64,000 nucleotides of DNA from Candidatus Latescibacterota bacterium (lineage in GTDB: Bacteria; Latescibacterota; UBA2968; UBA8231). Below are positions 61,142 through 64,000 of this stretch, piece by piece. Positions within the stretch are counted from its first letter, which is position 1, and every line of letters starts with the position of its first letter. The notes under the pieces are model-generated. The model worked only from the letters and a program-made list of their open reading frames with translations. It had not been told where the DNA came from and did no database searches. The stretch spans positions 4,608,001-4,672,000 of the forward strand of contig OZ253462.1 of assembly GCA_965261395.1 (NCBI GenBank), written 5' to 3'. Position numbers and translations under genes: made by a program.

Positions 61142-61279
61142 TTATCATCTCCTATGTCTATTAGGCTTCGCACCCGCCCAGTCAGCAAGGCACCCGCTGT
61201 AGATGCCTTAGTTGCCCAAAAAGTTAGCTCTTCACCAATATCTCTGCAAGAACCTCGTCCACGCTGTCAAACACGGCGA

Positions 61280-61579
61280 TTATGACCTGCACCTTCCTTC
61301 CTCCCGCTCACGCAAGACCGCCGAACGCACGGCTGCCTGGGGGTCCGCAGGACGCGGCAGGTCCCAAAAATCCTCGGGCAAGGGCTTCTCCCCGCGCTTG
61401 AGGAGACCCTTTTCTTCCAGGTCTCTCAAGTGTTCAGGAAGAGGAACAGAACTCACGAGGGGCAGCAAGCGCGCAATGGGACGGCCATGCTCGGTGATTA
61501 CCACTTCTTCACCGGCTTTAACCTGACGCAGGTAGGCGCTCAACGACATTTTGAGTTGTGATACCGTAGTGGTCTGCAT
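61280..61579 (-). CDS. Phd/YefM family antitoxin (no adjacent toxin)
   Basis: VSQLKMSLSAYLRQVKAGEEVVITEHGRPIARL. Confidence 0.85.
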   Translation of the reverse strand: MQTTTVSQLKMSLSAYLRQVKAGEEVVITEHGRPIARLLPLVSSVPLPEHLRDLEEKGLLKRGEKPLPEDFWDLPRPADPQAAVRSAVLREREEGRCRS

Positions 61580-61591
61580 GGAATACTCTTT

Positions 61592-61774
61592 CTAGTTAAT
61601 GCCTCCGCCCTCTCCTCCCGCGACCTCAAGCCAGAGTGCGATCACCTCCTGCATCCGTTCGAGTAACTGGTCGATTGATTTTCCTTGGGTATGACAGCCC
61701 GGAAGGCCGGGGATACTGCCAACGTAATAACCGTCTTCATCTTTCTCGATGACGATGGTGTATTCAGTACTCAT
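61592..61774 (-). CDS. hicB: HicB-family antitoxin (short)
   Basis: IEKDEDGYYVGSIPGLPGCHTQG. Confidence 0.85.
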   Translation of the reverse strand: MSTEYTIVIEKDEDGYYVGSIPGLPGCHTQGKSIDQLLERMQEVIALWLEVAGGEGGGIN

Positions 61775-61929
61775 TGGATCCTCCCATAGCATTCCGCAGG
61801 ACGCGGCAGATTCAGAAAATAGTGATAAACCTCTGGTTAAGCGAAACTCTCATCTTCCATGTTTACTATTCGAGAACTTTTTGCATCGAAGATATTGACA
61901 AACAACCCTCGAAAGGTAAATCTTAACAT

Positions 61930-62190
61930 ATGTACGAAGTTCGCTACCAGAAGCAGGCCGCTAGCCAACTCTTTCGCATGTCGCGCAACGTTGCACAGCG
62001 GATTTGCGCCAAGATCGACGCGATTGCGGCGTCCCCCTATGCGGAGTATCCGAACGCGATGCGGCTGCGGGAAAGGGATGGCGACTTCCGGCTCCGCGTA
62101 GGCGATTGGCGCGTGATCTATTCGCTCAACGACGAGCGAAAGGTGTTGCTGGTGGCGAAGATTGACCAGAGAGGACGAGCGTACCGATGA
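61930..62190 (+). CDS. RelE/ParE family toxin
   Basis: FRLRVGDWRVIY, KIDQRGRAYR. Confidence 0.88.
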   Translation: MYEVRYQKQAASQLFRMSRNVAQRICAKIDAIAASPYAEYPNAMRLRERDGDFRLRVGDWRVIYSLNDERKVLLVAKIDQRGRAYR

Positions 62191-62573
62191 ACAAACAGGA
62201 TGTGCAGATCATTGAGAAAAACGGCGAGCCAGAATACGCCGTCGTCCCAATTGAGGAGTACCGTCGCATGGTCGCCGCGCTTGAGGACGCAGCCGATTCT
62301 GCGGCTATCGAGCGGGCATGGGCTGAGGACGCAGCAGGCGAAACAGTCCCCGGCGAAGTCGTAAGGGCCATTCTCGCTGGCGAATCGCCCTTGCGCGTGT
62401 GGCGCAAGCATCGCGCATTCACGCTGGACGCGCTGGCCGAGCGAGTAGGTGTCTCAAAAGGGTATTTGTCGCAGATTGAGAACGGACAGAAGCCCGGGAC
62501 ACTCGGCCTATTCCGCCGACTCGCGGGCGTACTCAATGTGGCGCTGGACGAATTTGCACACCCAACGAACTAA
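62187..62573 (+). CDS. XRE-HTH antitoxin
   Basis: ATGA overlap with toxin; LAERVGVSKGYLSQIENG. Confidence 0.88.
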   Translation: MNKQDVQIIEKNGEPEYAVVPIEEYRRMVAALEDAADSAAIERAWAEDAAGETVPGEVVRAILAGESPLRVWRKHRAFTLDALAERVGVSKGYLSQIENGQKPGTLGLFRRLAGVLNVALDEFAHPTN

Positions 62574-62585
62574 TGGAACCCAATC

Positions 62586-62780
62586 ATGAAGACGCCACAG
62601 ACGGACCCGATCATAGCTGAAGTCCGGGCCATACGCGACCAACACGCGGCCCGCTTTGATTACGACGTCAAAGCAATTTTCAGGGACATTCAAGCCAAAC
62701 AAAAGGTTTCCGGCCGCCAGTACGTCCGCTATCCCGCTCGCCGCACAGCTCCTGAGTCCGAAGTTCAGGCGACCCGGTGA
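62586..62780 (+). CDS. Small hypothetical protein (TA-associated-like)
   Basis: DPIIAEVRAIRDQHAARFDYD. Confidence 0.6.
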   Translation: MKTPQTDPIIAEVRAIRDQHAARFDYDVKAIFRDIQAKQKVSGRQYVRYPARRTAPESEVQATR

Positions 62781-62821
62781 GGCCGTGCTAGGGCCGGATC
62801 AAGGAACCGCCCAAGTTTTCC

Positions 62822-63016
62822 TCAGAAGGCTTTTTCTTGGCCCGATTCCTTCAGGATGTGATTGGCCGTGTGACGGGATTTTATTTTTCTAGCAACGGTA
62901 ATGTGTCTTTTCGTCAGAGGACTATACCAGATTTCGTGACTGCCCTTTCCATCCCGGACCTTATAGCATCCGATATCCGTGAGCAGTCTTCTGACCTGCC
63001 TTGAAAAATCTGCCAC
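62822..63016 (-). CDS. hicA: HicA family toxin
   Basis: GKGSHEIW, HTANHILKESG. Confidence 0.85.
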   Translation of the reverse strand: MADFSRQVRRLLTDIGCYKVRDGKGSHEIWYSPLTKRHITVARKIKSRHTANHILKESGQEKAF

Positions 63017-63250
63017 CTATACAAACTCAAGCACCGTTTTGCCGTGAATTTTGCAGGGAAGAGAGGCGGTTGTTTCATCTGCAACGCCGTTCAGACGCAG
63101 CAATTCCGGCACCATACTACGCGCCTCCTCAATTATGCCGTCGAGAGTTTCTGCTTCGAGGACTAGACCCGGCACATCTTCGCTAGTGGCAACCCACACG
63201 TTCGCTTCGGGATCCCACGTCGAATCAATAACGATTTCCCTAATGGCCAT
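63017..63250 (-). CDS. DUF1902/HicB-like antitoxin
   Basis: WDPEANVWVATSEDVPGLVLEAETLD; RBS AAGGAGG. Confidence 0.85.
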   Translation of the reverse strand: MAIREIVIDSTWDPEANVWVATSEDVPGLVLEAETLDGIIEEARSMVPELLRLNGVADETTASLPCKIHGKTVLEFV

Positions 63251-63320
63251 ATTGCGCCTCCTTTTTATTAGTCGCAAGATAACATCCTCCCAATTCGCAT
63301 CACAATACTCAAGCCTCCTC

Positions 63321-64000
63321 CTATCGCGCCTCCGAGCGCAAAACCTCCACCTCCAGCGCCATATCCGGGTCCAGCGGAAAAAAGGGCCGCGCCCGCCGCA
63401 CAAAGGGCAGGTGCCGCACCGTCGCCGGTGTCGGTCCCGGCGTGTCGAGCACGAAGACGGCTTGGGTTATGGCTCCGTAGGCGAGGCGATAGTTCATGGG
63501 ATTCTTGGCGACAATAAAGCGCGCCTGCGCCGCGTCCATCCCGAGAGCCGCAAACTGCTCATCATCCCATTCGTACGTAGGATGCGACGCCAACAGCACC
63601 TGTATCTGTCCCAGCGCGAGCACCGCCGACGGCCCCATCTGCCCTTCGAGCCCCTCCCATATACCACCCCGATAGCGGAAGCGGCCATCGCTCAACCGCA
63701 GCACCCGGCCACGCACGGCAATCGGCTGTCCCCAACGCGGGTCGTGCCCGTGCCCCAGCGCCAACCCCACCTCGGCCCCAACCCCAGCCTGGTGGCAGGC
63801 CGCAGCCGCGCGGGCATCGACCAAGGGCACCAGCGCCGGGCCATCTAATTCCGCTTGCATTAGCGCGACCAACGCAGCCACACTATCGCCAACCGCTCCC
63901 CCGCCGCAGCAGTCCGCAGCCTCCACCAACACCACCGGGCCGCCCTCGACGGCCAAGCCAGCGCGCACGGCGTCTGCGGGTGCGTGCATCTCTGGCTCTA
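63321..64000 (-). CDS. M81/MlrC family metallopeptidase, C-terminal part (5' end outside window)
   Basis: GPVVL...D..GGGA.GD, V.GRV.RLSDG.F, MG.SAVL, RARPFFPLD. Confidence 0.8.
   Translation of the reverse strand, partial: EPEMHAPADAVRAGLAVEGGPVVLVEAADCCGGGAVGDSVAALVALMQAELDGPALVPLVDARAAAACHQAGVGAEVGLALGHGHDPRWGQPIAVRGRVLRLSDGRFRYRGGIWEGLEGQMGPSAVLALGQIQVLLASHPTYEWDDEQFAALGMDAAQARFIVAKNPMNYRLAYGAITQAVFVLDTPGPTPATVRHLPFVRRARPFFPLDPDMALEVEVLRSEAR

Overview
GC-rich bacterial DNA. The FlgD-Ig/T9SS-type 'YPNPFNP' C-termini, TPR proteins and several sigma54 activators suggest an uncultured FCB-like lineage such as Latescibacterota; this is inference only. Bases 1-29.6 kb are almost all minus-strand. 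The most notable part (13.2-29.6 kb) is an apparently undescribed sigma54-controlled cluster. It encodes two 93-aa Cys-rich peptides and two larger Cys-repeat proteins with C-terminal sorting domains, all sharing one ~44-aa leader. It also encodes an FG-GAP protein, a flavinylation-motif/CxxC protein, an A24 prepilin-type peptidase, two CxxC redoxins, a TPR protein, a glycosyltransferase-transglutaminase fusion and a GT2. A near-consensus -24/-12 promoter and three 21-bp-phased palindromes lie next to a beta-propeller/AAA+ activator. The middle holds a MacAB-like exporter, speD, a two-component system, an MbnP/MbnH-like pair and IHF/HU. On the right, a catabolic operon (M81, M20, aminotransferase V, enolase family) is interrupted by two insertions. 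One is a 7.4-kb island inserted into the 3' end of the aminotransferase gene, with a 52-bp imperfect duplication. The other is a defence/toxin-antitoxin block. All calls come from reading motifs by eye; no searches were run.
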